From Octopus vulgaris (lineage: Eukaryota), in contig OX597815.1 in NCBI GenBank assembly GCA_951406725.2, positions 69,316,001 to 69,380,000 on the forward strand: 64,000 nt of DNA, in the 5' to 3' direction. How positions within the stretch are numbered: position 1 is the stretch's first letter; the number at the start of each line of letters is the position of its first letter. A program made the translations under genes and the position numbers. Below are positions 1 through 12,912 of the stretch, one piece after another. The notes beneath the pieces are model-generated. The model did no database searches and was not told the DNA's origin. It saw only the letters and a list, made by a program, of their open reading frames with translations.

Positions 1-232
1 TATATATACATACATATAAATATACATACATACATATAAATATACATACATACATATAAATATACATACATACATATATATATATATACATATATATATA
101 TACATACATACATATAAATATACATACATACATACATATAAATATACATACATACATATAAATATACATACATACATACATATAAATATACATATATACA
201 TACATATAAATATACATACATACATACATATA
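1..232. repeat. compound (TACA)n/(TA)n microsatellite
   Basis: Tandem units such as tatacatacatacatataaa. Confidence 0.95.
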
Positions 233-3200
233 TGCCAAAAGCTTACCACAAGATGAGACAATGTCTAATGAAAAGAAAAAAATGGAGGAAAATAAAAAAG
301 ATTGAATTTATTTTATCTTCTCCAAGAAGAAGATTAATGGTCAATAAATTTAGAACTACAAATAGCCAAAATAGAGAATCACTTCCAACACATATCAAAC
401 ATAATGTCTACATATTAGAGAGACAATGGCATAAAGCAAGATAAATTATAAAAATATAATAAATTACTTTAAAAAGATTATTGTGTTGTGTGACAAATTT
501 AAATGAAATCAGTAAAAGCTTTTGAGAATTATCTGAATAGTCAGAAAAAGAAAAAAAAGAAATCAGAAATTAAAATAGGCCTTATATATAAATAGAACTC
601 ACTGCCTGATACAGTAATTACTTTTAAAATAATCCTAAAATCGTTATAGAAGGACACTTCAGATATAATTATTACTTATGTATAAAGCATTAGGTAAAAT
701 GCATAACCACAGAAAAAAAAAGTGTATGCAATAGGGATAGAAAATAGACTAAAAGGATGAAGTATGATTGAGAGGTTAAGTGACATTGCTAGAGAACGTA
801 ATCAGAGACTTAATGGAAAGTGTGTTAGCATGCATATGAGGAAAAAGTATGATAAACACAAGATAATGGTGAAATGTTTGTAGGGAACAAATGATATAAA
901 CTGCATCTTGTGTGTATCATAATTTCTACTGCATTTGCTCTGTATATCATAACCAATAAATATTATTGAGTACAGTACTAACCACACCACTTTACTGGAA
1001 TTAGACTGAAGGATGATAATCTGTATGTGCTCAACTCACCAATAGTAGTTGTAGGTCTGTGCACATAAGAAATACCTTATAAATGTAAGAAAAAAGAAAG
1101 TGTCTTTAAAGAGAAAGGGGATTGACTATGTAATATGTGAATATGCATTTCAGATAAAATATGCAGAGAGATTACAGATGAAGAGATTACTCTTTATATC
1201 TCCTGATAAGTAGGACAAGTGTAGTTGAACTGGCCATAATATCACTTTATTTAAAGTGTTAAGGTAGAAATCAAATTAAAAACTAAATGATTTAAGATCA
1301 GGTTACAAGCCTATAACTTTTATATAATGGCTTAATGCTAGAAGAGAAGGTTATTCTTACTAAAACTTAACCTAAATGATTGCATCAGAGAGGACTTCAC
1401 CAAAACACCTAAGGTCCAAGGTAGTGTTAACCTTTTTGCAATCATATTTTTGTTAAAATATGTGGATCAGTCAGACAATTGAAACTAAGACAGCTGGAAA
1501 TTTGCAGGTAGCTATTTTCATCAAACAGATTAACCTGTCACTGCAAATTTTCTACAGCCACCATTCAAAATTGGTGTCAGGAGCTTATGTGGGATACAGG
1601 ATTGTGCACTATTTCAGAGTAGGCATATGTAATATCATCTTGCACAGCCTGGAAGGAAATTTGCTCTCAAGTTGAAATCGACATTCATGAGTGATGTTGT
1701 ATAGATTAAGGCGAGTGATAATGAAATGCATGGATTTTCAAATACCAGCATTAAACTCTATGTGAAGGATGATGATGATGATGGTGGTCAAGTCAAATCA
1801 TAAGATGCAGAAAATAAATCTATTTTTAAATAGTATAAAAACACTGACAGAAATACAGAAAAAAAACCCCCATTAAGATTGTTTAGTCATAGCTTATAAA
1901 TAATAAGATCATCATGCAAATTATATATTGGTTTTAGGGGTGAATAAAGAAGTGTCTAGGTATTGTTACCAGCCCTTATTTTCATATTTTGTGAATAGAA
2001 TTTTAACATAAAATAAAATAAAGCAGTAAAACTCAAAACAAAACCCAATCATGGAAACAATGCAATTTAGACAAGTGATGTATGGCTCTACTCCTATACC
2101 ATCCCGTCTACTCCCAGCCACACAATTTAATAATAATGGTGTCGGTTATACACTCTCTAATACAGAAGAAACAATTAAATGGTGCTATATAGTAACACAC
2201 TCCCCTTCTTAAATACATAACAATTAAGAAGTGTTGTGGTGCAGCAGCAGACATATTCTTTTACTCAGACACGTAAAATATTTCTTTTTTGTTTTTCATT
2301 TCTCATCTCTGCTAGACTACATCTCAGTCAACTTTTGTCTTTAATTTGAAATTCCCAGCCTGATGAAGGTGACTCATCCACCAAAGAAATCTAAATAACA
2401 ACTTTGGCTGACTGGGTTGGGTTGGGGTCTGGCTGTTTGTTCAGGGAGAAAATAATTTTCAGCATGCAGGGAGTTAGAGGAAGGCGACCAAGAAGCAAGA
2501 AAGCAAATTAATAACGAACACTGATGTAAGAATCAGAAATAATAAAAACATGGTAAATGATGGTATCACATAAATACTGTCACACCATGCACCATACTCC
2601 ATTGCTACTATTTTAAAACTTAAATTCCTGAAGATTAACACCTCTAAATTAATTAGTACTATTTAACTTAGCACATCTTAAGAGTTAATGAGCACAAATA
2701 GCAACATTAATGTCAAGACAGAATCCAAGTGATTAATAACTGTGACATACATAAGCTGCTAATCAACTAAAAGATTCAGTGAAGGCTTACATATAACTCC
2801 ATATTTCTGTGATTTATAAATAGCACTATAAATGAAAGATGCTATCTCAGTAACTATCAGAGAACAGTTAACATGAGGCAAATGGCTAAGTTTGAAATGT
2901 GAATAGAATCAACTCTGCCTTTATTGATCAACACATTACCAAAGCAGACATATTTTGGGGGTTTAAGCATGGAAGTTACTTTGATGAATAAAGCAAAGTA
3001 ATGGCCTTGAATTTTGCAAACCATCCCAGGCTGATTATATTGATGATGGAATTGAACTTAAATCTCCTTTGTTGATACATCAATATAATTGATTACTAAC
3101 TACATATATCCCATGTCTTAAAATGTACACAGGTCTAGCAAACAAAGTCTTGTGCCTTCTCTGTAGCTGAGTCAAGAGTCATAATGCATGTAGAATTATA

Positions 3201-3524
3201 AGTTCTTTCTAGATGGATGAGTAACCTGCAGTAGATTCAAAGTCAACTACCAGTCCAATAATTTATCACCATTAAGTTTAGGTAAATCTACCAAACATAA
3301 CAACCCCACAAAATTAACAAAAGTAAAATCAGAGAAAGGGCTGGCTGAAAAAGCTTAGGGGGGAAAACTTTAAGTGGGGATGAATTTGACAAATGTAACA
3401 TTTGACTGAGAACAAATCAGAATATTCATAATCACTTGAGTGCAAAAACTGTACAAGACAATAATTACAAATGATTACCAATCAAAGAAACACTGAACTT
3501 TTGACTATTCAACAAGTAAAAGAT

Positions 3525-3757
3525 TCTATATTTAAGAGATGGGGAATTATGTACATTATTTACATTTGATGGATATTTGTCCTCATCTTGTTTGTTGTTA
3601 ACACAATGTTTCAGCTGATATACCCTCCAGCCTTCATCAAGTGTCTTGGGGAAATTCGAAATTTCCCCAAGACACTTGATGAAGGCTGGAGGGTATATCA
3701 GCTGAAACATTGTGTTAACAACAAACAAGATGAGGACAAATATCCATCAAATGTAAA
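3525..3757. mobile_element. Perfect palindrome (98-bp arms 3559-3656 / 3660-3757, loop CGA) made of Penelope-like terminal repeat sequence
   Basis: Arms are exact reverse complements, which is why the two ORFs on opposite strands are near-identical. Each arm carries GACAC-TTGATGA-A-GGCTG...CAGCT-GAAAC-ATT-GTGTT, a hammerhead-like motif. Confidence 0.75.
3671..3716 (+). ncRNA. Minimal type I hammerhead ribozyme-like motif, decayed (mirror copy on - strand ~3600-3645)
   Basis: Stem I GACAC/GUGUU, core UUGAUGA (CUGAUGA with C3U), stem II GGCUG/CAGCU, then GAAAC-AUU. Reverting two CpG-type transitions gives CAGCC-GAAAC-GUU with a palindromic AACGUU stem III. Confidence 0.55.
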
Positions 3758-4564
3758 CAAAGTAAGTAAAAAGATTGTTTGCATCACTAAGTAAAATTAG
3801 TCAAGATGTATTAAATCGGCAGGAGAGAGTGGAAAAAGGTCAGACATCTCTCTGGTTCAACATTATTATGGTATTGCCACTTGTGAGGAATGATTGATAG
3901 AACTGAAATATTATATGTAATAGTATATTTAAAAAAAAACAGAAACAAATATGTCAACAAGTCAGAAATACAGATGGGAGCAAGAGCAGAGACTGACTGA
4001 GCTTACATTGTTGGACAATTAACTAAGAAGTTACAAGTTTAGCATTATTTTCTAAACCCACTTACTCTGCTAGTCTAGATATGACACACCTCTACTTCAT
4101 AATTAAGCGGTTTGTAGTGGGAAAGATGTAATTTTAAAACAACTTATTCCAGCATTTACATAGGTTCAGTTTTTGAAATTCATCCTACCCATGCCTGTAT
4201 GAAAAAATAGATGTAAAATAGCAACCAATGAAATTTTATCAAAAGCATAAATCTTAAATGGAGATAGATAAAGAAAGCAAAGTGCTTAGATTTGCTTCAA
4301 TATCAAAACTATTGAATACAAAGTTTATACAGATGGACTAAGAACAACGTAAAACAGGTGAAAAACTAGATGAAGTAAATCTTTTATCAATAGTTTGTCA
4401 TTGGACTGCAGCCATGCTTGAACATCACCTTGAAGGGTTTAGTCAAACAAATTGACTCCAGTACTTATTCTATCAGACTCTTTTGATGAATTGGTAAATT
4501 TTGGGGATGTAAACAAGTCAACACCTTTTAAGTGATGGTAGGGAGCAAGTGTAGATACACACAC

Positions 4565-4875
4565 ATTGGCATGTAGTCGGTTATGACAACGAGGGTTCCA
4601 GTTGATCCAATCAATGGAACAGTCTGCTCGTGAAATTAACGTGTATGTGGCTGAGCAGTCCACGGATACGTGTATCTTTAATAGTTCTCAGGGAGATTCA
4701 ATGTGGCACAGGATAGGACAAGGCTGGCCCTTTGAAATACAGATTTTTGGCAGCTGAGTGGACTGGAGCAATGTGAAATAAAGTATCTTGCTCCATAACA
4801 CAATGCATCACTGGGAATTGAACTTGTGTTATGATAGTGAGCAGAATATCCTAACCACTAAGCCATGTGCCTTCA
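4565..4875 (-). mobile_element. tRNA-derived SINE, family B
   Basis: Minus strand begins ggcacatggcttagtggttagg (A box) with a GTTCAATTCC B box. The body is shared with 55173-55360 and 47988-48205. Confidence 0.75.
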
Positions 4876-5098
4876 CACACACACACACAAAAAAAAAAAG
4901 CTTCCACAGTTTCCACATACTCAATAAAAAACTAATGTAACAAAATAGTAACAATCTTCATTTTGCTATATGACTATTAGTTCACCAATCAATAATGAAA
5001 TGCAATTGTCATTTTGTAAAAATATGGAATAACATTTTGTGAAGTCATGGTAAAGTATATAACCAGTATTTTAAAAAAATCCATGAAACGATTTCTTC

Positions 5099-5414
5099 AG
5101 CACTTCTTGGTTATCTCACCCCCCATTAAAAAACTTGGGTTATCTCCCCACTAAAATTCTGAGTTTATGTGGCGACAAGAGATTGGATTAAAAGAGTTAG
5201 ATCCTTTTGATTCAATACTTCAACACATTCTTCACTTTTGGCCTCCTCAATAGGCATGGTATGATTTGTTTAGATTCAATAAGATGTTTAATCTTTTCGC
5301 TTGTTCTGTTTATTTTTTCATTTTTTGTTTTGTTTTATTGAGGGTTAAACATTTTTTTTCAGTTGGGGGAAATAACCCAATTTTTTAATGGCGGTGAGAT
5401 AACCAAAAAGTACC
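5099..5414. mobile_element. MITE with ~55-bp TIRs and 8-bp TSD (Merlin/Mutator-like)
   Basis: Left end agcacttcttggttatctcacccccc matches the reverse complement of the right end (ggtactttttggttatctcaccgcc). Direct repeat ATTTCTTC at 5091-5098 and 5415-5422. Confidence 0.7.
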
Positions 5415-5674
5415 ATTTCTTCTCTTAAGATGCAAGATCATTAAAGAACTAATTAACAAAAAACACCAAAATGCAATCATTTAATCCTTTTGTAATTGTG
5501 TATCAGTTGAAGTACACAGCATTTGCTTTAATTAATTTTCAAAATAATGAAGTATTTAGAAAAATAACTCATTATTAAGCTGGTATCTGGAACAAATTAG
5601 CACAAAGGAAGTTTGTATCACAGAAACAGGGATGGTCTCAGGCAAGTTGGTGTCAAAAGGTCAAACATTTAGAT

Positions 5675-6005
5675 AGGTGCAGGCATGGTTGAAAACCTTG
5701 CTTCCTAACCATGTCGTCATGGGTTCAGTTACACTATGTGACACTTTGGGCAAGTGTCTCCAGATTCTTGAAGGATTTGGAGGCAGAAGGTGGAAGAAGC
5801 TCTTTATAAGTGTGTGTGTGTGTAAACAAGCATCATACAAACAATATTGTTTATTGGAGTCTTCTATGAAAAGCATGTCAGGCTACAGGGAAATATTACC
5901 ATGCTTGGAAATAGGTAAGGGTTGGCCATAGAAACAGTTGCTTCAATAAATTCCATCTGACCCATGCAAACATAGAAAAGTGGACATTAAATGAGAATGA
6001 TAATG
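5675..6005 (+). mobile_element. tRNA-head SINE with RTE-type 3' tail
   Basis: Head ...gggttcagttacactatgtgacactttgggcaagtg; tail cccatgcaaacatagaaaagtggacattaaatga resembles the RTE LINE 3' end at 57305-57360. Related copies at 15580-15962 (+), 16590-17005 (-) and 21385-21730 (+). Confidence 0.7.
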
Positions 6006-7223
6006 GTTCAAATAGCCATTTGCTGATCAGATTAATCCTTATAATTTAATAGCAACCAACATGATGGTGATCAGTTTAGTATTTCACTTTAATACTGTGT
6101 TGCCCTGTATCCTTGACCCAGACAATTCCATGTAGGTCATTTAAGTAAGCACTATAGGTGGCATGATTCATTGTTGCAGGCAACAAATGCACTGTAAAGC
6201 TGATAAATATTTTGTTGTCTTACAGTGCTGAGTTCAATTCTTTCAATGGGAGAATAGTTACTGTAGCAGTGCTGCATCATATATAAAAACACACATGCTC
6301 CCTTGTGGATAACATATTGAAATGAATTCAATTAGTTAAAGCACTGATTTTTTTTGATGAAGGAGTGTTACCTAGTGGTTAAAGTGTTGCATCACAATTA
6401 TAAGGTTTCAACTCCTGGATCAGGTGGTGCAGTGTGTTCATTTCACACTGCTCTCGTCCACCTAGCTGTAAATGAGCTCCAGCAAAAAAAAAAAAAAAAA
6501 AAAAAAAAACACTGGGAACTTAACCCTGCAACTGATCAGTGTCCCATTTAAGGGGGGGTGAAGGTGAGGTGGTAATCTCAGTGACTTATATTCCATGAAA
6601 ATCAGGTTATGAGTCCTGGAGATAATGACAGACCCAAGTTGGAAGCTGATTTCTTTAAAAGATTAAAACTATTTCCAAACAGTAGCAACCCAAATGTAAA
6701 ATACAGTCCTGTCTGATGAGCTTCCATCTATTCAATGGATGACCCCACTCCCAACATAGGGCCAACAAATATTTAGCATTGACTGTGGACAGAAATACTT
6801 GAAATGGGATGAACAGACATGCTTAGACCATTTTGGGAGTGTTGGGCCCCTAGTTCTTGTTAGAGCACCATTTTAAGAAAAGGGTACTCTAATGTGTAAA
6901 AGCTGGGGATCGATGTTTCTGGTGGTCTCAAAAAATGTTGGGACACAGGAAGGAAAGCTTAACTGTCTGAAAAGTGAATAGAAGTTCTGATGCATGCTTC
7001 ATTCACTATAATCATTTTCATGTGCAGGATGATCTTTTAAACAGAGCTTGTTTTGGTATTGTGGATGTGCGTGATGATGATAAAATACCACCCATTCAAT
7101 AACTTCCTGACTTGTGGGATATAAGTCAGGTGCAGCAGAGTTAAGTGGTAGCAATCATGATTCTCTAGTTTCCCCTCATGGCTGTATTCTCCATTATTAC
7201 TGCTTTTTAGAAAATATCAGAGT

Positions 7224-7425
7224 TTAACCCTTTTGTTAACATATTTTAGTAGAAATACACTACTTTATTTCAGTTCATTTGGTAAAATAATGAGGAGTAA
7301 CTGTCAATATTAAGCTGGTGGTTGGAATATAAATTAACATGAAATCTTGATGGAAGGTTCTAGTTTAGATCACTTTAAAACAGGAAGTTTGAATCATAGA
7401 CAGATTGGTCTGAACAGGATTAATA
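7224..7425. mobile_element. ~200-bp piggyBac-like MITE family (TTAA-CCC...GGG-TTAA); other copies ~5482-5662, 9127-9314, 13655-14022 (-), 19971-20183
   Basis: Copies start ttaacccttttgtta..., share the internal ttaagctggtg...gaacataaattaacatgaaat, and end ...aaagggt(t)aa. Confidence 0.6.
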
Positions 7426-8379
7426 AGTGCTTGTATTCAGACACAAGTTTACTTAAACACACTCACGCATTCACTGTTTAATTCTATAGAAATGTAAGAC
7501 AGACACCATGCATATAGGGCCATTACAACCTGGAAAGGATACATCAGTTTTTCTGCACTACTTATACAAATTCAATAATACCATAGGATACAAGAACAAC
7601 TTTTATAGGAAAGGTAGTGACTAAGTGAGAAAAGTGATAGTTTTATTATTTTATTATTGGTCCATAATAAATCTGGAGGAATGAAAGGTCAAGGTTAAAA
7701 CTGATTTCAGAAGAACCTGAATTTAGAATAAAGAAATTTAATAGTTTAAAGTAAATTGGTTTGGCCTGCTATTATTATCTAAGTTACAATGGTAGGCTGT
7801 TTTGATCAGCAGTGTACCATTGCTGTTACTGTAAAGAATTGCTTTAATCAAATGAAATTATTTTCTGGAATTTAGAGATAGAATATTTGATTTAACTCCA
7901 GTACATCAGTTGAATTTGTTTTATCAAAAGCAAATCTGACCCTGACAATATCAGCTCAGTATGTAAAATGATGACATTAAATATAGTTAAAATATTTAAT
8001 TTGGTGCTCTTCTATGTTTGCCAGCATACCAATGCTTATAAAAAAATAAATAAAAAAAATATTGACTTATGCCAAGAATTGTGGCTTACTCAAAGATATA
8101 CATCTTGGTTAGGACACAAATCTGTAATCTATACATCAAAGAAAGTACAAATGTTATGTCATAATATAAAGTGGTTGATGACTGCAAGGGTATACAGCAG
8201 AGAGAAACAGCTTTTAGGAATGTAACCCTAATACATAATATAACAGCAAAGATAACTGATATTGATTCTCTTGTTGCTGTTGTACCACATGATTGCAACA
8301 AATGACAAATTACTGTGAGACCTGTCTAACCCATGCCAACATGGGGAAATGAACCTATGATGTCACTGATATTTCTTTC

Positions 8380-8580
8380 TAATTTTGGTATAAGGCCAGC
8401 AAGTTTGAAAGGAGAGGGTAAGATGATTGCATTAACCCGTGTTTAACTGGTACTTATTTTATTGACCTGAAAGGATGAAAGGCAAAGACAACCTTGGCAG
8501 AATTTGAACTCAGAATGTAAAGAGCTGGAAGAAATGTCACAAAGTATTTTGTCTGATGTGCTAACATTCTGCTATTTTCT
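8380..8580 (-). mobile_element. SINE with Deu/Nin-like core; other copies ~20880-21180, 22380-22520 (+), 38580-38720 (+)
   Basis: The core ccgaggtcgactttgcctttcatcctttc...gtcgataaattaagt is clearest at 38588-38640 and recurs in decayed form here. Confidence 0.6.
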
Positions 8581-10222
8581 CAAACAAAGAAGAGAGAAAA
8601 AATATTTATATCAGAAAAATGGCAGACTATTTAAAGAAATTGTATTAATCAAACATAATTTTATTTGACTGAATAAAATACAAGGTAAAATGCAAAGATT
8701 TCTAAGATTCAGCTCGAGGATTTAACATTGCTAGCCATTGTGATGAGTGCCATTAGACACAACACCTAACTTGCCACTTTTACAATATAGATAAGTGAAT
8801 AGGAGTCAAAGCTTATGAAGAAACCCACATTTGTCCTGCTGAGAAGGCAGGACAAAGATGCAAGTGTACAACAGTGGTAGACACTTCTACCTCAACATTG
8901 CTTGACTGCAGGTATTATGTTGAATGTGCGTAAGACTTATCAACTATGGAAGGTGCTCTTTGAGAAGAAGTTAAATGACATAAGAAATGAAGTTAGTGTT
9001 TCTGCAATACAGCTGACCAACGATGGAAAGATCAAAGACATGCAACAAGGAATTTAGTTTCTTGAAATAAAAATCAAAAATTCAAATTATTTGACACTGG
9101 AAGAGTTGAAGAGAAGACCTTAAATCTTAACCTTCCATAACCATACTTCCAATGATCCTAATTCAAGACCATCTACATTTAGTACTTTGAAACTTAACAG
9201 AGTTCTTACATAAAATTATGATATAAAGAAGGCTTAAATTTATGATCAATTTAAACCAGAAGTTGTTTGTATCAAAGAATCAGAGGCTGTGCCAGACAGG
9301 ATGAAAAAGGTTATTGAAAATTCTACATGTAGAGCAATAACATTCATTTTCCAGTTCCTCTTAGATTTCCCCATCTGGTCTAAAATTTACAGTTATAGTT
9401 ATTAAAAGATTATAATAATTATATAAATCATCTATAAAAATGTAAAATTTCTAATTTCTCCATTTTCTGAACTGCCAGGAAAGAATGAGGCCACAACTAT
9501 TTTAGATTAAAAATTTAAGTTGAAGAAATAAAATAAACTAAAGAAAGAATACAATCAGTCAATAACTAAACATTAAGAAAAGAATTGTTTTTGCCAAGTG
9601 GTAAAGTTGTGTGTCTTAATTCTTTAGTCATTGATTTAACTTTTACCCAACATACCTTAACAAGTAAGACAAAACACAAAAAAGAGAATGAGTTTGAAGT
9701 GGATTGTTAAGCTAGCTGGAAACAGATGTGTAGTGTTTGTTATTGTTTAGTTCTAGTGGTAAGATCAGCTCCTATTCACTGGAGAAAGTATGAATCACTA
9801 CTCCAGAACTGTGAGTGATATGAAACAAATTATAGCAATCAATGATATTTTAAGTATTATAAGTCACCTCACTGACTCACTACTATGTATTACTGTTGTC
9901 AGTTCAGGAACAAAATTAAGTACATGATTACATCCATAACCGAAAATTTCAACCATTTTGAGATGATACCAGGTTATAGAAAAAAAAACCCCAGTTATTT
10001 TGTAGAAAAGGTATCTCTCAGTAAGGTGTGATTGTATAAATGTGTATATGCAAATGAGAGAGAAAAAGAGGAGAGTCTAGAGAAGACAAGATATAAAATT
10101 TAAGTTACATCAAGAATGCTGAAGATAAAACAACAACAAAAACCAAAGTTACCATATTAGCTTTACATCTGGCAACATTCCATTATTATATTTCTAAAGA
10201 ATGTTAACCATTTCTGGGTCAT

Positions 10223-10254
<32 letters not shown>

Positions 10255-11169
10255 AAGTGTGTGTGTATGTCTGCAAGTTCTAAGATTTCTTTCACTTATA
10301 TAGTAGCGGAAGACCTAATCAGACAAAGTGCAATAGAAAGATACAAAGAAATATGGATGAGGTAGTTAGTTTCTATAGAAACAATAAGGCGTATGGTACG
10401 ATAACAGAACATACCTTTGTCAGTTAAGTGTATATGCATATATGTATGCTTATGCAAATATACAGATGTAGCTGTATGGTTAAGAAGTTTGTTTCTCAAC
10501 CATATTGTTTCGGGTTCAATTCCACCATGTGGCACCTAAAAGTGTCTTCTACAGCCCAGGCCAACTAAAGTCTAGTGTATTGGATAAGGCAGCTGAAAAT
10601 TGAAGGAAGCTTGTTGTGCTTATATGTATGCAGATGTGTCTCTTTGTCTTGATATTGCATGACAGTTGTAAATGAGAGCCAATGCCATATAAGCAAATGG
10701 AGCTTATTGAGGTAGATGTTTCTATGGTCAGATGCTCTTCCTATCACCAATCCTCACCTGTTTTCAGGGAAAGGTTATATTTCTCCATGACCATGCATGC
10801 TCACACAGAATATTGAAAATGATACTGCTAGTATGACAGTGACAATCATTTACAACTACCATGCAATGTCAAGGCAAGGAGGCACAAACATACACATATA
10901 TATCATGATCATTTTAGGGATTCTTTCAGTTTCAGTCTACTAAATACTCTCACAAGGCTTTGGTCAACCTGGGGCTGTAGTAAAAGACACTTGAGCAAGA
11001 GGCTACACAGAGGAACTGAACCTGAAACCATGTGGTTGGGAAGCAAACTTCTTAACCACATAATTGTGGAAGAACTGTTAATCTCTTCCATCACATCTAG
11101 GTTGTCCCATAGGACGCCCCAATAGGGGTTGTGGTTGCATGTACTATAGGAGTCACAGGGCACTGCTCC

Positions 11170-11600
11170 ATGTGATCCTACAGTTTTCTTCTAACTAGGA
11201 ATATTAGGGTCTCATCCATTGTCTTGTATTCAAGATCCTCTGTGTGACATCCTGCTAGTTCAAAGCCAGGAATCTGATCTGTTAGGTCCTGCCAATAACT
11301 AAATCCATTCCCTGCTGCCAACGCTTCGATTTATTGTCATTAAGGTTTTGTCTGTCTCCTACCCTTCGACCTGTCTGGCCTGGTAAGACCTGCCTGAAGA
11401 TTTCTTTCCCTCCAGCATAACTCTCAATGGAGCACACAGGCACTTCACTGTGACAAGGTACTTGTTGAATTGGCCGTTGACTACACTGAAGTTCTTCCAT
11501 CCTTTGGCAGGTCTTATTTTTGTTCTGCAGATTGTCCAACAATCACCCTCCTCACCAAGCAAGCTTGATGGCGTTGCCAGTTTAGTCGCCAATGAGTGAC
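11170..11600 (-). pseudogene. Possible highly decayed RTE-like LINE ORF2 C-terminus
   Basis: Fragments SLLGEEGDCWTI and KEIFRQVLPGQTGRRVG weakly resemble RTE motifs (LLYG.E.WT; EI..VLLW.P.G.R..GR). Multiple frameshifts. Confidence 0.3.
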
Positions 11601-12016
11601 CTGACCTAAAGAGCAGTTAAATTCACTTCAATTATTTTTATGCAGTATCAAAATTTTCATTACACAGCTGTGACTTGATCACTGACATAATTCCACTATG
11701 TGCCATGAAATGACTCATCTATCATGTTGTTGCTCCAGTTTCAGTTGCATCAGACAAGCACAACCTTAGAATGATGCCTTGGGCAAGTGTCTCCTTTCAT
11801 AGCCTCGGACCAAAACCAAAACCTTCAGAGTAGATTTGGTAGATAGAAACTGTAAGAAGCCTGTTGCACATACATCCATCATATATATATATATATATAT
11901 ATATTATCAGTTAATGTCTATTTTGCATGCTGGCATGTGCTGGATGGTTTGACAAGAGCTGGCAAGCTGGAGGGCTTTGCTGAGATCTATTGTCTTTTGA
12001 CATGGTTTCCGATGGT

Positions 12017-12056
<40 letters not shown>

Positions 12057-12162
12057 CATACACACCACATGTATATGTGTTTTTGTCTTGCACCACTGCT
12101 TGATTACTGGTGTTGGTGTGTTTACATTCCTGTAACTAATTGGTTTGGCAAAAGAAACTGAA

Positions 12163-12507
12163 AGTAAGAAGCTTGTTTCTTCACCACATGGTTCCAAGTT
12201 CAGTCCCACTGTGTGGCACCTTGGGTAAGTGTTTTCTACTATAACCTCGGCCTGACCAAAGCCTTGTGAGTGGATTTGGTAGATAGAAACTGAAGTACAC
12301 ACACACATATATATATATATAGGTGAGAAAGTTGGTGTGTGAAAGCACGTGGTTGAATATATAGAATGTAGTAAAAAGTGAAAAAACTACAGAAGGCTTG
12401 TTTTGAAATATCGAAGCGAACGCCGGCGGAGCGCCAGTCGGCATCGTTCACGGTCGGAACTACGACGGTATCTGATCGTCTTCGAACCTCCAACTTTCAC
12501 TTCGATA
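12163..12507 (+). repeat. Local duplication of 18292-18717 (with ~80-bp internal deletion) inserted into a SINE tail
   Basis: Near-identical SINE head, spacer and 18S fragment. The host SINE tail is interrupted at ...aaactgaaagtaag | tatcaggcttaac. Confidence 0.9.
12410..12498 (-). pseudogene. 18S rRNA fragment (~85 nt), copy 1
   Basis: Reverse complement reads GAAAGTTGGAGGTTCGAAGACGATCAGATACCGTCGTAGTTCCGACCGTGAACGATGCCGACTGGCG, matching the conserved central SSU rRNA segment GGTTCGAAGACGATCAGATACCGTCGTAGTTCCGACC. Confidence 0.93.
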
Positions 12508-12717
12508 TATCAGGCTTAACAAAAAGAATAAGTAGATTCATTTGACTAAAATTCAAGGTGGTGCTATAGCATGGCTGCTGCAAAGATAATCTGGAACTTA
12601 ACTGAGGAAAGAAAACTCTGAATGACCAGTCCTTGTTTTATTTGTATCACATAGCTGTCTGGATGTTTTGCGCTCTTGTCCCATTTTTGTATTATATATA
12701 TATATATGTATATATAT

Positions 12718-12912
12718 ATAGGGAGAGTTTACAAAAAAAAACAAAAGACGAAGACAGGTGGTGTACAAAACAAACAGATGTATTAGTATAATGCTCAAGA
12801 ATAGAAAAAGTCTTTTACATTTCGAGCCTATGCTTTTCTACAGAAAGGGACACAGAAAAAACAAGGAGAGAAAAAAATGTGTGTAGTGGCTAACGATCTA
12901 TCATGGCGACTG
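12718..12912 (-). mobile_element. Penelope-like element 3' terminal repeat with hammerhead-like motif (12812-12847)
   Basis: Highly similar to 46917-47120, which directly follows the PLE RT ORF. Ends against (TA)n. Confidence 0.75.

Noticed and set aside
3465-3794. Two near-identical ORFs on opposite strands
   Set aside because: A direct consequence of the palindrome; no protein features.
6690-7200. Possible decayed transposase (also 8720-9120 and 39960-40200)
   Set aside because: No motif could be recognised with confidence in any frame.
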